Counted from the first letter of the stretch, positions 9,633-19,123 are shown. The stretch: 64,000 bases of DNA from Fimbriimonadia bacterium (GCA_041483895.1 JBGPGO010000001.1:288001-352000); one strand, 5' to 3'. Translations and numbers: made by a program. Notes: generated by a model not told the origin, from the letters alone.

Positions 9633-10528
9633 CGCTCTAGCGCGGCGCGGTCCCATTTGCCGGTTTCCGCCGCTGCCTCGTAGGTTGATCGCAGAAATTC
9701 GAGCAGCATCTCGTCCGGCGAATCGGCGCGCCGCACCGCCTCGTACGGCAGGATGAATTCGTGAATATCGTTGTGGTAGTACGCCGCCGACGGCAGCAAG
9801 GGATACGACGAGTAGCCCGGAGGTTCCGGATAGGAATAGGCATAAAACGCCGGCTCGCCAAGACCCAAACCGGCCCAAAATCCGGCGGATGAAACCTCGT
9901 GCGAATAGGCCTCAACCATCACATGCTTGCCGACATTCGGCACGCCCGGATGCGCAGGTGCGCGCCGACCGGAAAACCGTGTGACCGCCAAATCCGACGC
10001 CCCCCAGAAAAAATGGACCGGACTCTGCTTGCCCAAGAATCCCGCAGCGTATCGCTTCATCACCTGGTCCGTTTGCACCAGAATCCGCCAAAACCGAGTC
10101 ACATATTCCGCATCATACGCCGAGTGCTCAAAGTCCTGATCGAATCGCAATTGGTCCGGCAGCTCCACCGGCACCGGCCAGATCTTCACATCGATTCCAA
10201 GCGACGCCAAAGCTGACATGATATCGCGATAGCATTCCGCGACATTGCAGGCCCTCAACGGCAGCGACGCATGGCCGCCCTCGCTCGTGGAGAACCATAT
10301 CTGATGCGCGATGAAATCGAAGTCAATGGAAAAGGTCATTTTCTCATACGGGATCGGCGATGAAGTGAGACCGCGCGAAGTCACATAGAACGTCGCCTGC
10401 CAATAGTGGTTCTGCATCGGCGCAAGCTTCAGGCGCACCTTGCCCGCGATCTGCAGCCATCGGCCCAAAGTGATGCACGTATCCTGCCACTCAGAAAGAG
10501 GTAGCGCCGGCCAGACTTCGCGTATCAA
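9623..10528 (-). CDS. DUF5996-like conserved hypothetical protein
   Basis: WPALPLSEWQDT, FLGKQSPVHFFWGASDLAVTRFSGR and EAYSHEVSSAGFW. Confidence 0.8.
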   Translation of the reverse strand: MIREVWPALPLSEWQDTCITLGRWLQIAGKVRLKLAPMQNHYWQATFYVTSRGLTSSPIPYEKMTFSIDFDFIAHQIWFSTSEGGHASLPLRACNVAECYRDIMSALASLGIDVKIWPVPVELPDQLRFDQDFEHSAYDAEYVTRFWRILVQTDQVMKRYAAGFLGKQSPVHFFWGASDLAVTRFSGRRAPAHPGVPNVGKHVMVEAYSHEVSSAGFWAGLGLGEPAFYAYSYPEPPGYSSYPLLPSAAYYHNDIHEFILPYEAVRRADSPDEMLLEFLRSTYEAAAETGKWDRAALERQG

Positions 10529-10788
10529 ATCTCCGCCGCCACTTCATCCACAAAACACCATGCCCATCGATCACCCGGCTCTAGCGATCGCATGACCGGA
10601 TGCCCCGTCGCGTGGAAATGCTTTGTCGCGTGCTTGTTCTTGGAAGAATCGCAGCAGCCCACATGGCCGCATTGCAGGCAAAGGCGCAGATGCACCCACT
10701 TGTCCCCCATCTTCAGGCACTCCTCGCATCCCTCGCTGTTGGGCGTCACATTCTGAAGATCACCGAAATGCTCACACGGTCCGTTCAT
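10525..10788 (-). CDS. UBP-type zinc finger protein
   Basis: CEH..GCEECL..WVHLRLCLQCGHVGCCDSS..KHATKHF..GHP. Confidence 0.9.
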   Translation of the reverse strand: MNGPCEHFGDLQNVTPNSEGCEECLKMGDKWVHLRLCLQCGHVGCCDSSKNKHATKHFHATGHPVMRSLEPGDRWAWCFVDEVAAEI

Positions 10789-10875
10789 TGGCTCCCTCCC
10801 CGCGACGGGAATCTACCTCAAATAGAAATCCCCCCACAGCAGGCCATAGGGGGATATCTTTCGCGAGAGTGAAGT

Positions 10876-12531
10876 CTAGTTCTTTACCGAGACGTTGCCG
10901 GTGACCACCGTGCCATCTTTCGATAACAAATCGTGGTCGCTGGTGTAGTTCTGATTGTCGTACACGACAACGCCGGTGAATTTGTTCCAGATCCTGATCC
11001 GAAATCGATCCGGACCTGAATCGCCGAAGACGTCCCCGTCATATAACGTGACGCGGAAGTTGAACTTGCCGCTGCCGTTGACGGTTCCAGTACCAGTGAT
11101 CTCAGCGCGTCCGCCGGCAGAAACCAAACTGTCGATGGTTGTGCCAAGGAACTTGACGCTACCGGTTTTGAATTCAAACTGGATTACGCCGATCGGCATG
11201 CTCAAGGGACTGTTCAAATTCGCGAAGAAACTAAATGAGGCAGAACCCCTTGCCGCGTAGGTTTTCGGTACCGCGCCGAGCGGAGAATTGATCCAGCCGC
11301 TGCCGCCGACAAACCCGCGTTTTTCTTGGAAGTAGTTTTCGAACGCCATGCGGGCAATCGTGCGTCCGCCGGCCTGTGCGTCCTGATTGCTGTACTCAAA
11401 GTGAATACCGCCGTAAATTCGGCTGCGGCCCGCTTCCGCGGCCGCCTCCGAAAAGGCCGTATACGATCGATCCGGCTGTCCGTCAGAACCGGTGGTGAAG
11501 TTCACCGTATCGGTGCCAAAGTACAAAGCAAGCACCTGTGCCGCGCCGCCGCTGAATGTGCTGTGTCCAGACGAGTATTCCGGGAAGTTCGGCGTGACGA
11601 TGAACGATGACCATGTGGTGTCTGCGGTGGTGGCACGGATTGCGGTAACCGGCCTCCACCAATTGTAGGCAAACTTATTGTCCCAACACGAGATCGCCGC
11701 ATCTGCCTCCGCAATATTCAAAATCGCAAACAGCCGAGCGTTCTCAACAAGTGATAGTCCGAACTGTCCAGAAATATCCTGGGCAATCTGATTCCAGTGT
11801 CCAGGGGGCGTGACCGTTCCCGCGCCATCCGCCCAAAAGAGTGCGATTGCGGACTGGTCCGCAGTGCGGGTGGCGCTCGTGTTCTTCCCCAACGATTGAG
11901 TTTCAAGCATCGTTGCCAGGTCTTCCGCCGAGCCTAGGGCGGGGGGACCGGAACCGCGGAACTTCGATCCGGTAAGAATGCCAAAAGGCTTCACGAGAGG
12001 CCAGTTCGGCAGGAGCGCGGGTAGGAAGCCCGGAGGTGTCGGTTGCCAATCTCCCGGATCGGTACCGGGAACATAGGGAACGACGTCGGTGGAGTGATCG
12101 CCAACGCGCGACAAGAGCATCTTGTCGCCGGCGATGCCCCCAACATTGATCCCCTCCGTCTTCTCCGCTCCATTCGGAATGCCGGCAAGCGACGCGGTTC
12201 GGGCGGCGTCGAACGTCGCGAGCTGCGCAGGGTACAGGCCCTTAAGCACTCGATAAGCCGCTTCCACAACAGCGGCCTCTTTGGAAGCCGTGGACGAAGC
12301 ATTGATTGGTGTCAGATACACGTTGTAAGATTTATCGATCGCGTTGACCGCGTCAAAAATCGCGCAATGCACCATCGCCATGGCACGGGATGACTTGGGT
12401 GGCGGGGTCTTATCTACTTTGATTGCGTTTAACAAAACGTTGTTCCAATCGAAAACAACGTCCGCCGAGCCGGAGCCGGCAATCAAGAAGACCCCGAGCG
12501 CCATAAATGACGCCAGAAGATAGCGTTTCAT
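10876..12531 (-). CDS. Secreted vanadium-haloperoxidase/PAP2-family protein with extra C-terminal beta domain
   Basis: KFAYNWWRP, PNFPEYSSGH and SRIYGGIH motifs; signal peptide. Confidence 0.85.
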   Translation of the reverse strand: MKRYLLASFMALGVFLIAGSGSADVVFDWNNVLLNAIKVDKTPPPKSSRAMAMVHCAIFDAVNAIDKSYNVYLTPINASSTASKEAAVVEAAYRVLKGLYPAQLATFDAARTASLAGIPNGAEKTEGINVGGIAGDKMLLSRVGDHSTDVVPYVPGTDPGDWQPTPPGFLPALLPNWPLVKPFGILTGSKFRGSGPPALGSAEDLATMLETQSLGKNTSATRTADQSAIALFWADGAGTVTPPGHWNQIAQDISGQFGLSLVENARLFAILNIAEADAAISCWDNKFAYNWWRPVTAIRATTADTTWSSFIVTPNFPEYSSGHSTFSGGAAQVLALYFGTDTVNFTTGSDGQPDRSYTAFSEAAAEAGRSRIYGGIHFEYSNQDAQAGGRTIARMAFENYFQEKRGFVGGSGWINSPLGAVPKTYAARGSASFSFFANLNSPLSMPIGVIQFEFKTGSVKFLGTTIDSLVSAGGRAEITGTGTVNGSGKFNFRVTLYDGDVFGDSGPDRFRIRIWNKFTGVVVYDNQNYTSDHDLLSKDGTVVTGNVSVKN

Positions 12532-12747
12532 AACCTCTCCCTTGTGAGTTCGCGGACGGCGACCACGGAAATGCTCCGGTTAGTTGATCACGCAGACCCA
12601 ACATCTTGGCATCAACCCGGACGCATTAGCCTCCAAATTCCACGTCATAGATTTGTACGACAACCTGTCGCGTACGGCATTCTATCGCAAAGTCGCTGTT
12701 TCTACAAGCTGGCAACTTTGTCGGGAAATGACTTTGTTAAAAGGACG

Positions 12748-12783
12748 ACGCGGCGGAGTGAGTGCCGGCACGCCGCCGCGTCT
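12748..12783 (-). terminator. GC hairpin downstream of the asparagine-synthase-like gene (putative terminator)
   Basis: gacgcggcgg...ccgccgcgtc stem, followed on the minus strand by a short T run. Confidence 0.45.
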
Positions 12784-12819
12784 TGTGAGGTTGACAGTGC
12801 AAGTCAAAAAGACGTTGAT

Positions 12820-14271
12820 TTAGGCCGCCTGGGACCTCCCCACCAATCGCCCCATTTCCGGGACAAAGTGCTTCCGCCACAGACGGTAGTACAAAACCTC
12901 TTCTTTGTTGCGCAAAGGCTCGCTCCACGGTTCCGCCCGCCCTCCCGCGAACATCGAATCGGTGATTTCGCGCTCCGCGTACGCCCGGAGCACAGAATCG
13001 ACACCCGCGCCTTCCGCAAAGGATCGACGAGGTTGACGCAGGATCCAGTTCGGAAGCTCGTCGGAAAATGCGTGGCGGAGAATCCACTTGGATTCGCCGT
13101 TCGCGCCCGTTTTCATCCAATCGGGCAGGGAGAACGCGAGTGCGATGACCTGCCGGTCCAAAAACGGCACTCGCGCCTCCAGCCCGTGCGCCATGGTCAT
13201 TCGATCCATCCGCTGAAGCTCCGTGTTGTGGAGACCGGAAGTGAGGCGCCACAAACAGGCATTGCGCTCCGCGGGCGGAAGTTCTCGTAGGCTGGCGTGC
13301 CCTCCAAAAAGCTCGTCGGCGCCATCACCGCACTGCACGGAGGAAACATGCTTCTTGGCGGACTCCGCCAGGTAATAGTTGCAGACAGCCGAGCGAACGA
13401 CCTGAGCGTCAAACGATTCCAACAGGTGGATCACCTTTGGAAGTATCTCCACTACTTCGTCGGGGTGGAGAATTCTTTGCGTGTGGGCGCAGCCGAGAGC
13501 CCCCGCCGCCCTTTCCGCGGCCACGATATCCGCACTCCCTGCCAGCCCGACGGAGAATGTGCGAACCTGTGTTTGGATCTGCCCAAGCAGCCACGCCAAA
13601 ATCGAGCTGTCCAGGCCGCCCGACAGGAACACGCCGGACGGGTCCCCCACATCGGTCAGCCTTCCGACAGCCGTCTCAATCGCGAGCCGCAGCCGGGGAG
13701 CCGCTTTGTCAATGGTGAGGCTGCCGTCGGACGGTTCCGGGAGGCTGTAAAATCGGCCTTTTCCGCTGCGGGAGTGATAGAAGCAACCCGGCGGAAACTC
13801 GCGGTAGTTCGAACACATTTTTCCGAACGCCTTCAGCTCGGAGGCGAAGATGCGTCCCTCATCCCGCTTGGCGTAATAAAGCGGCTTAATTCCAATCGGA
13901 TCGCGGGCGACGAAGAAGTCGTTTCCATCCCGCAATAGGATCGCGAAATGGCCGTCAAATTTCTGCAGGCAGTCAATGCCGTTTTCTTCGTACAATCGCA
14001 GGATGGTGTCGGCGTCGGCGGCCTCTTGCGGCGCAGCGCCTTTGCAGAATATGCGGCCGTTGTACGCCAAAATCCGTTTGCCATCTTCGCTGACGGCCGG
14101 CGCAGTCACGCAGTTTCGGCCCAGAGCGGAATGGATCCTCTGCCCGATGACCATCTTCGCGCAAGACAGAATGTTGGCTCCGTCGGGTCCGCGATGACGG
14201 ATGCGACTCAGCATCTTAGAAACACTGTTCGCATCTCCCGTAGATATCGTGCAAACGAATCCACTCATCAT
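12820..14271 (-). CDS. Asparagine synthase (AsnB)-family protein lacking the N-terminal catalytic Cys
   Basis: HRGPD, RDPIGIKPLYY, FASELKA, LSGGLDSS, GDGADELFGG and DRMTMAHGLEARVPFLD motifs. N-terminus is (M)MSGF rather than MCGI. AAGGAGG RBS. Confidence 0.88.
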   Translation of the reverse strand: MMSGFVCTISTGDANSVSKMLSRIRHRGPDGANILSCAKMVIGQRIHSALGRNCVTAPAVSEDGKRILAYNGRIFCKGAAPQEAADADTILRLYEENGIDCLQKFDGHFAILLRDGNDFFVARDPIGIKPLYYAKRDEGRIFASELKAFGKMCSNYREFPPGCFYHSRSGKGRFYSLPEPSDGSLTIDKAAPRLRLAIETAVGRLTDVGDPSGVFLSGGLDSSILAWLLGQIQTQVRTFSVGLAGSADIVAAERAAGALGCAHTQRILHPDEVVEILPKVIHLLESFDAQVVRSAVCNYYLAESAKKHVSSVQCGDGADELFGGHASLRELPPAERNACLWRLTSGLHNTELQRMDRMTMAHGLEARVPFLDRQVIALAFSLPDWMKTGANGESKWILRHAFSDELPNWILRQPRRSFAEGAGVDSVLRAYAEREITDSMFAGGRAEPWSEPLRNKEEVLYYRLWRKHFVPEMGRLVGRSQAA

Positions 14272-14361
14272 GCGTGACCCTCCTTACAGTCTTTTGACTG
14301 CTCGCGGAGAATCGATAGAACGATTGGAGTCTCGACCGATTCAAAAGGCTCGAGGCTTTCC

Positions 14362-14480
14362 TGCTATGTCTGCGAGGTTAGCTGACGGGTTAGGGCCAGA
14401 ATTACCCTTTCCGACCGAAGCCGGAATTCACCCCGATAATTGGTTCCCCCGCTTTCCGTTCTACCGGAAACTCGACGTGA
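14362..14480 (-). ncRNA. c-di-AMP riboswitch (ydaO/yuaA class)
   Basis: Minus strand reads GUCGAG..GCGGGGGAACC..UCGGGGUGAAU..GGGUAA..CCCUAACCCGUCAGCUAACCUCGCAGAC. This matches the ydaO consensus blocks in order and lies in the 5' UTR of the AsnB-like gene. Confidence 0.9.
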
Positions 14481-14513
14481 GCCAAATCAGGCAACTTGCC
14501 TGACGGTGACACC

Positions 14514-14522
14514 AGTATACCA
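14514..14522 (-). promoter_or_regulatory. Extended -10 promoter for the riboswitch-AsnB-like transcript
   Basis: TGGTATACT (TGnTATACT) about 35 nt upstream of the aptamer. Confidence 0.55.
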
Positions 14523-14558
14523 GCGCGCTCCCAACGAATGGAAGCCTAGCAAATATCT

Positions 14559-16562
14559 CTATTTGGCAACTGTGACCGTGACCGTCTGAGCGGGACTGAA
14601 GGCGACCCAACCGGCGTTCTTCGGCCCTATCTCCTTGGCCCCGACCACCTTCGCCGATTTGGAGCCTGCGGGCAATCGAAGGCGGACTGATTTCAGGGGG
14701 GTGGCGCCCTTCCCAGCCCAGGAAAACTGGTACGTGACCTTTTTGCTGTCCGGCGTCACAGTTACTGAAACGGAACCGTAGGCCGTGGGTAGCTTCTTGA
14801 TGAAAAACGGCTTCTTCTGGGCCAGCCACCGGTCGGGAATGGCAGGGCAAATCTGCAGAACACCGTTGAATTGGTCCGTCTTGTCGCACTCCTCATAGAC
14901 AAACATCCGCCGCATCTGCATCAGCATCACAGCGGCGTTCGCCCCACTCGGTTCCAGCCCATCATATCCAGGTGAACCGCCATACAGCGCCGACGTGCCG
15001 AAAAAGGGATCGAAGCAGCGGGCATAGGCATCCAGGATGGCCTTTGAGTACCCTCCGCCGTCCTCTTCCCTCAGCCGCTCGAGCTGATATCCCATGGTCC
15101 ATCCAAACGGCGCGTTCTTGCCCAGAATCGCGCCATTCGCCATTTTCAGCAGGTCTTTCGCAAGCGTGCTGCCCGCGTCTGCGGCGCCAAATTCCAAGAT
15201 GAACGCGGCGAGATAGGCATCCGATTCTCCTCTTGTCTGCGCGCCCAGCTCCATCGGCACGGAGCCGGCGATTCGCCGATCGAACAGAGCCTTAATCTTC
15301 GTTCGATAGGCCGCCGCAGCCTCGGCAATCTCCTTGCCCCCTGACTCATTGACCGAATCGAGGCAGAGCGCCGTGTCCCGTATGCCTCGCCAGGCAAACG
15401 CATTTTCGTCGAAGGGCTGGCCCGAATCGGTATTCGCGGGCAAGATCCCCTGCGGATTGCCCGCGATCCGCTCCAGCAGCCAGTTCGCGTTCTCCTTCAT
15501 TCGATCCGTGTGAAGCTTCATCCAGACCGGCTCGGGAGCGATGGACTGAATGCGATACGCGAGCGCGGCGGCTATCGCGTTGTCGAGCCAATCCCGCTGC
15601 TCAACGGGCTTCTGGTCGTCTTGTGGTCTCGAACCGTCGAACAGGTCGCGCGCCGTGTCGGCGAATCCCCACTCGGCTAGAGCCTGAATCTGCCACCAAA
15701 TCGTCGGCGACGTGGCAGACGGAGAGGCATACATTTCATCCCGATCCGCAAGCACCATGAGCTGCGCCAAAAGCTGATCCTTGAGCGCGGTCCAACCCGG
15801 TTCGGGGGACGAATATTCGGCGGCGCCCTTGAATTTCTCTGCCCATGCCTCTTTCGTGAGCTTCAGATCGCCCTGCGGATCGATCATAGTGGATGGCGTA
15901 GAGTTGGAATAAAACGCATACGAACAAATCCACTCGACCGTCTCGCCGGGCTCGATCGCCTCACGGCTCATCTCCAGCCGCCATTTAATCCAATCTTCCG
16001 GCAATCCACCGGTTAATACATTGATGGGACGTGGATCGGATTCGATATAGCGCCCATCACCCACGTCCGCGGCGTAATAGTGATAGGTAACTTTTCGGTC
16101 AATCGGTTTCGGCGCTCCCTTTATGCCGCGCTGCAAAAGAGAAAACCCCAAATTGGGCGACAGCAGTCGGAAAACGCGGCTATTGTTCTTGCATTGCAAA
16201 AAGATAAACAGCCGCTCCTGGCCGGGCGCAAACTCGGACACAAATGCAAGCTGCCGCCACTGCAACCCATCTTTCGTCGCCGTGTGCACCGTCGCCGAGA
16301 GACGGGGGCTGGGGATGGAACGCTGGGCCGCGCTGAAGATCGGCTGCGGCCCGCTATCGGAATTCAAGTACAAACGCATCCAAAGGAGGTAGTCCGGACC
16401 CGGCGCCAAGAGTGCGCCGTCGGGCGTAACTTGGACTTCATTCTCGCCGTATGGGGTGCCTAGCACCGTATTGACGAGCGGCGGCTTCGTGGGCTCGGAA
16501 ATCGGAGCCAGGGGCGCGGTCAGTGCAGGGACGGTGATGAGGGCCGGCAAAAGATAAAGCAT
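14559..16562 (-). CDS. Hypothetical secreted protein, possibly six-hairpin glycosidase-like
   Basis: Long ORF with hydrophobic N-terminus (MLYLLPALITV); DENAFAWRGIRD and C-terminal LQICPAIPDRW..LPTAYGSVS resemble (a/a)6 glycosidase tails. Confidence 0.6.
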   Translation of the reverse strand: MLYLLPALITVPALTAPLAPISEPTKPPLVNTVLGTPYGENEVQVTPDGALLAPGPDYLLWMRLYLNSDSGPQPIFSAAQRSIPSPRLSATVHTATKDGLQWRQLAFVSEFAPGQERLFIFLQCKNNSRVFRLLSPNLGFSLLQRGIKGAPKPIDRKVTYHYYAADVGDGRYIESDPRPINVLTGGLPEDWIKWRLEMSREAIEPGETVEWICSYAFYSNSTPSTMIDPQGDLKLTKEAWAEKFKGAAEYSSPEPGWTALKDQLLAQLMVLADRDEMYASPSATSPTIWWQIQALAEWGFADTARDLFDGSRPQDDQKPVEQRDWLDNAIAAALAYRIQSIAPEPVWMKLHTDRMKENANWLLERIAGNPQGILPANTDSGQPFDENAFAWRGIRDTALCLDSVNESGGKEIAEAAAAYRTKIKALFDRRIAGSVPMELGAQTRGESDAYLAAFILEFGAADAGSTLAKDLLKMANGAILGKNAPFGWTMGYQLERLREEDGGGYSKAILDAYARCFDPFFGTSALYGGSPGYDGLEPSGANAAVMLMQMRRMFVYEECDKTDQFNGVLQICPAIPDRWLAQKKPFFIKKLPTAYGSVSVTVTPDSKKVTYQFSWAGKGATPLKSVRLRLPAGSKSAKVVGAKEIGPKNAGWVAFSPAQTVTVTVAK

Positions 16563-16629
16563 CAATCGATCCTTTCGGCATGGGATTGCTTGCTCCCTAC
16601 CGAAAATTATAGGGAAGGAGCGTGCCGTC

Positions 16630-17703
16630 ATGAGAGCTATGGTTCTGAAGGCCCCGAGAGAGCTTATTGTCGAGGAGATCCCGGAGTTCACCCTACGTCC
16701 TACGGATGTGATGGTTGAACCTGTGGCCTGCGGCGTCTGTGGAAGCGATCTCCGGTATTTTGTGGGTGAGAACCCCTGGGCTCAGCACACTCTTGGCCGC
16801 TTCATGGAAAACCCTCCCAATATCGTCCCTGGCCACGAGTTTTGCGGCTCGATTACCGCCGTCGGGTCGTCCGTTGACCCTGGGATGGTCGGCAAGCGGG
16901 TGGTGGTGCAGCCATTGCAGGTCTGCGGCGAGTGCGAGCAATGTCGGTCTGGTTACAACAACTTGTGCCCAAAGCAGGAGCATTTGGGCCACGGGGGCGG
17001 CTGGGGCGATATGAAATACTATCCGGGCGGAATGGCACAACGCTGCCCGGTATGGGCCTCCTGCTGCTTCGAGGTCCCCGATTCCCTGCCCGACCGGGAG
17101 GCGGCGCTGATGGACATGCTGGCGGTCGCGGTCCATGCGTCCAATTTGGGCAGGATCACGGCGGACGATCGTGTCGCCATCATCGGCTCTGGCCCCATCG
17201 GCCTGTCCATCGCCCAGGTCGCCCGATCGCGCGGCGCATCGAAAGTGGCGCTGTTCGATCCCAGCTCCACGGCGCGGGACGTGGCTCGGAGCTGCGGGAT
17301 GGACGATGTGTACGACGTTCCGTGCGGCGACATCGAAACCGCATTGAAGCCCATGCGTGGCCGCGCGACGAAAGTCTACGATACAGTGGGCCGACCCAAC
17401 ACGCTCAAGGCCGGGCTGGAGACGCTGCGATTCGCCGGGGAGCTGATCGTGATGGCGGCGCACGGAGAGCAGCTGCCGTTTTCGATGGAGGACGTCGGGC
17501 AGGAGCGATGCATCCGGACCTCCTGCAACTTCGTGGCGCCCACAGACTTCCAGGAAGCGATCCGTCTTGCCACCACAGGCGGCGTCCGCCTCGCGCCGTA
17601 TATCACGCGGGAGGTACCGCTTTCGGTAGGTCCGCACGCCATCGAATCCATGATCGAACGCCGCGACTGGGCCTTCAAATGCGTCATCCATCCCCAAATG
17701 TAG
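16630..17703 (+). CDS. Zinc-dependent (MDR) alcohol/sugar dehydrogenase
   Basis: CGVCGSD, GHEF, CGECEQC...C and GSGPIG. Confidence 0.92.
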   Translation: MRAMVLKAPRELIVEEIPEFTLRPTDVMVEPVACGVCGSDLRYFVGENPWAQHTLGRFMENPPNIVPGHEFCGSITAVGSSVDPGMVGKRVVVQPLQVCGECEQCRSGYNNLCPKQEHLGHGGGWGDMKYYPGGMAQRCPVWASCCFEVPDSLPDREAALMDMLAVAVHASNLGRITADDRVAIIGSGPIGLSIAQVARSRGASKVALFDPSSTARDVARSCGMDDVYDVPCGDIETALKPMRGRATKVYDTVGRPNTLKAGLETLRFAGELIVMAAHGEQLPFSMEDVGQERCIRTSCNFVAPTDFQEAIRLATTGGVRLAPYITREVPLSVGPHAIESMIERRDWAFKCVIHPQM

Positions 17704-17865
17704 CCGCGGTTCCTCATGGCGACCACCTACCAATTGCTGACCCCAAGAACCGCGCTGAACGTCCGGAATCGGCAATTCCGATGCTTTCCGCCGATTCTCA
17801 ACGGGTTCGCCCGGTTCTTGTGGTTGCGCGTTCGAAAGGCTTTCAGAATGAGGAACCGCGGCTAC
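17700..17865. repeat. 166-bp GTAG-terminated REPIN/MITE-like element, copy 1
   Basis: Perfect 18-bp terminal inverted repeat gtagccgcggttcctcat / atgaggaaccgcggctac; related copy at 34457..34620. Confidence 0.8.
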
Positions 17866-17911
17866 GGAGTTGCACAACCCAATCGGTTCCCATAGAGTAG
17901 CGACCTTGCAT

Positions 17912-18748
17912 TCACACCGTGGAGCGCTTACGCAATCGCAACGCCCCCAGCCCCATGCCAACAAGAACAACGGCGCTGCTTGGTTCCGGCACAGAATTAA
18001 ACTGCCAGCTAAGAATGTCCTGGTGAGCCCCGAGATCGCCCGCTGCTCCGGTGAAACCAATCCAAGCCCTGCCGTCTGACATTGACAGAGTCGAGGCAAG
18101 ATTGAGATTGATCATCAGCTTCGGAGTAACAAGATCATCCATCCAAACCGTCCATGAACCGGGCAAATAGGATATGCGAACAGTGTGTGTTGCATTGTTG
18201 TTTATGTCCGGAATGTTCTTATTCCACCCGAGCGAGTATTGAATGTCGGCGGAATTGGGAAGCAGGCCCCGCGTCTGCAAACTTGTCCAATTGTCGCTCG
18301 GGTCCCCAGACGGGATACCGCCATCCCCTACCAGATTACGGTAGTAATCGAACTGTTGCGCGATGCAGTTTGCGATTCCAACGGTTTCGCCTGGGCGATC
18401 CGCGTATCCGAGCTGACCGCCACGACCACCCATCGCGTTAACCTGTTGATTCTGGATAACGAACGCGAATCCATCATTAGAACCGAATGCTTGGAATGCG
18501 AACGTGGTTGTAAATCCGGCCGCCACGCTTTGCTTTGTGGTGTACCACCCCGCACTAGCTTCGGCACTCAAACGCAATAGATTGTTGGCCTGGTGTCCAT
18601 TTCCGACAAAAGTGATGCCCGACGTATCGGTGAAATTATTATAGTTAAAGTCCGCGTTGGCGACCGTCGGACCGACGATAGCTCCTATACCGAAAACCAC
18701 ACTGAGTACTGTGACTCGACGACCGGAAAACTTGATTGCTGATGACAT
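17912..18748 (-). CDS. PEP-CTERM protein with L-type (legume) lectin-like domain
   Basis: GFTTTF, DGFAFVIQ and AWIGFTGAAG..HQDILSWQF; C-terminal VPEPSS + TM + RLRKR. Confidence 0.85.
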   Translation of the reverse strand: MSSAIKFSGRRVTVLSVVFGIGAIVGPTVANADFNYNNFTDTSGITFVGNGHQANNLLRLSAEASAGWYTTKQSVAAGFTTTFAFQAFGSNDGFAFVIQNQQVNAMGGRGGQLGYADRPGETVGIANCIAQQFDYYRNLVGDGGIPSGDPSDNWTSLQTRGLLPNSADIQYSLGWNKNIPDINNNATHTVRISYLPGSWTVWMDDLVTPKLMINLNLASTLSMSDGRAWIGFTGAAGDLGAHQDILSWQFNSVPEPSSAVVLVGMGLGALRLRKRSTV

Positions 18749-18965
18749 TTTCGAACTCCTTAAGTTTGGTAAATGCCATCCGGCGGGTCGCTTCCATTAC
18801 AAAACAACGGGGATAGTATACAGCTGTTTGTGTCAAACGCAGAATTGCGGCGACACTCATCGATTTCGAAGGCGGCCCGTTTCGGAGCGGTGGAAGCGGC
18901 CAGTGACTTGAAATGAAGGAGCAACGCCTCTTTAAGGTTGTCAAGGGCCCCTTGTTCAGTCTCTT

Positions 18966-19089
18966 CAATGATGCGACCGGTCTCCCGACCGAGTCGCGTG
19001 TCTTGACTTCACCTAGCCCTGAATTCTCCAATGATGCGACCGGTCTCCCGACCGAGTCGCGCGTCTTGACTTCACCTAGCCCTGAATTC
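18966..19089. repeat. Tandem duplication, 63-bp period (two 61-bp copies, one mismatch), with internal hairpin
   Basis: caatgatgcgaccggtctcccgaccgagtcgcgYgtcttgacttcacctagccctgaattc occurs twice. Confidence 0.9.
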
Positions 19090-19123
19090 AACCTAAAACT
19101 GCGGGTTGGAGTAGTATTGTCCC

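Noticed and set aside
12820..14271. Lasso-peptide cyclase or beta-lactam synthetase cluster
   Set aside because: No precursor, B-protein/RRE or other biosynthetic genes are nearby, and the protein otherwise looks AsnB-like.
16693..18099. Long alternative-frame ORFs (e.g. 16693..18099, 20291..21598, 34255..35505, 48878..50080, 53991..55067)
   Set aside because: They are shadow frames overlapping well-supported genes in GC-rich DNA and have no recognisable motifs.
18966..19089. Possible mini-CRISPR or attachment site
   Set aside because: The whole unit is duplicated with no spacer, and there is no adjacent integrase or tRNA.
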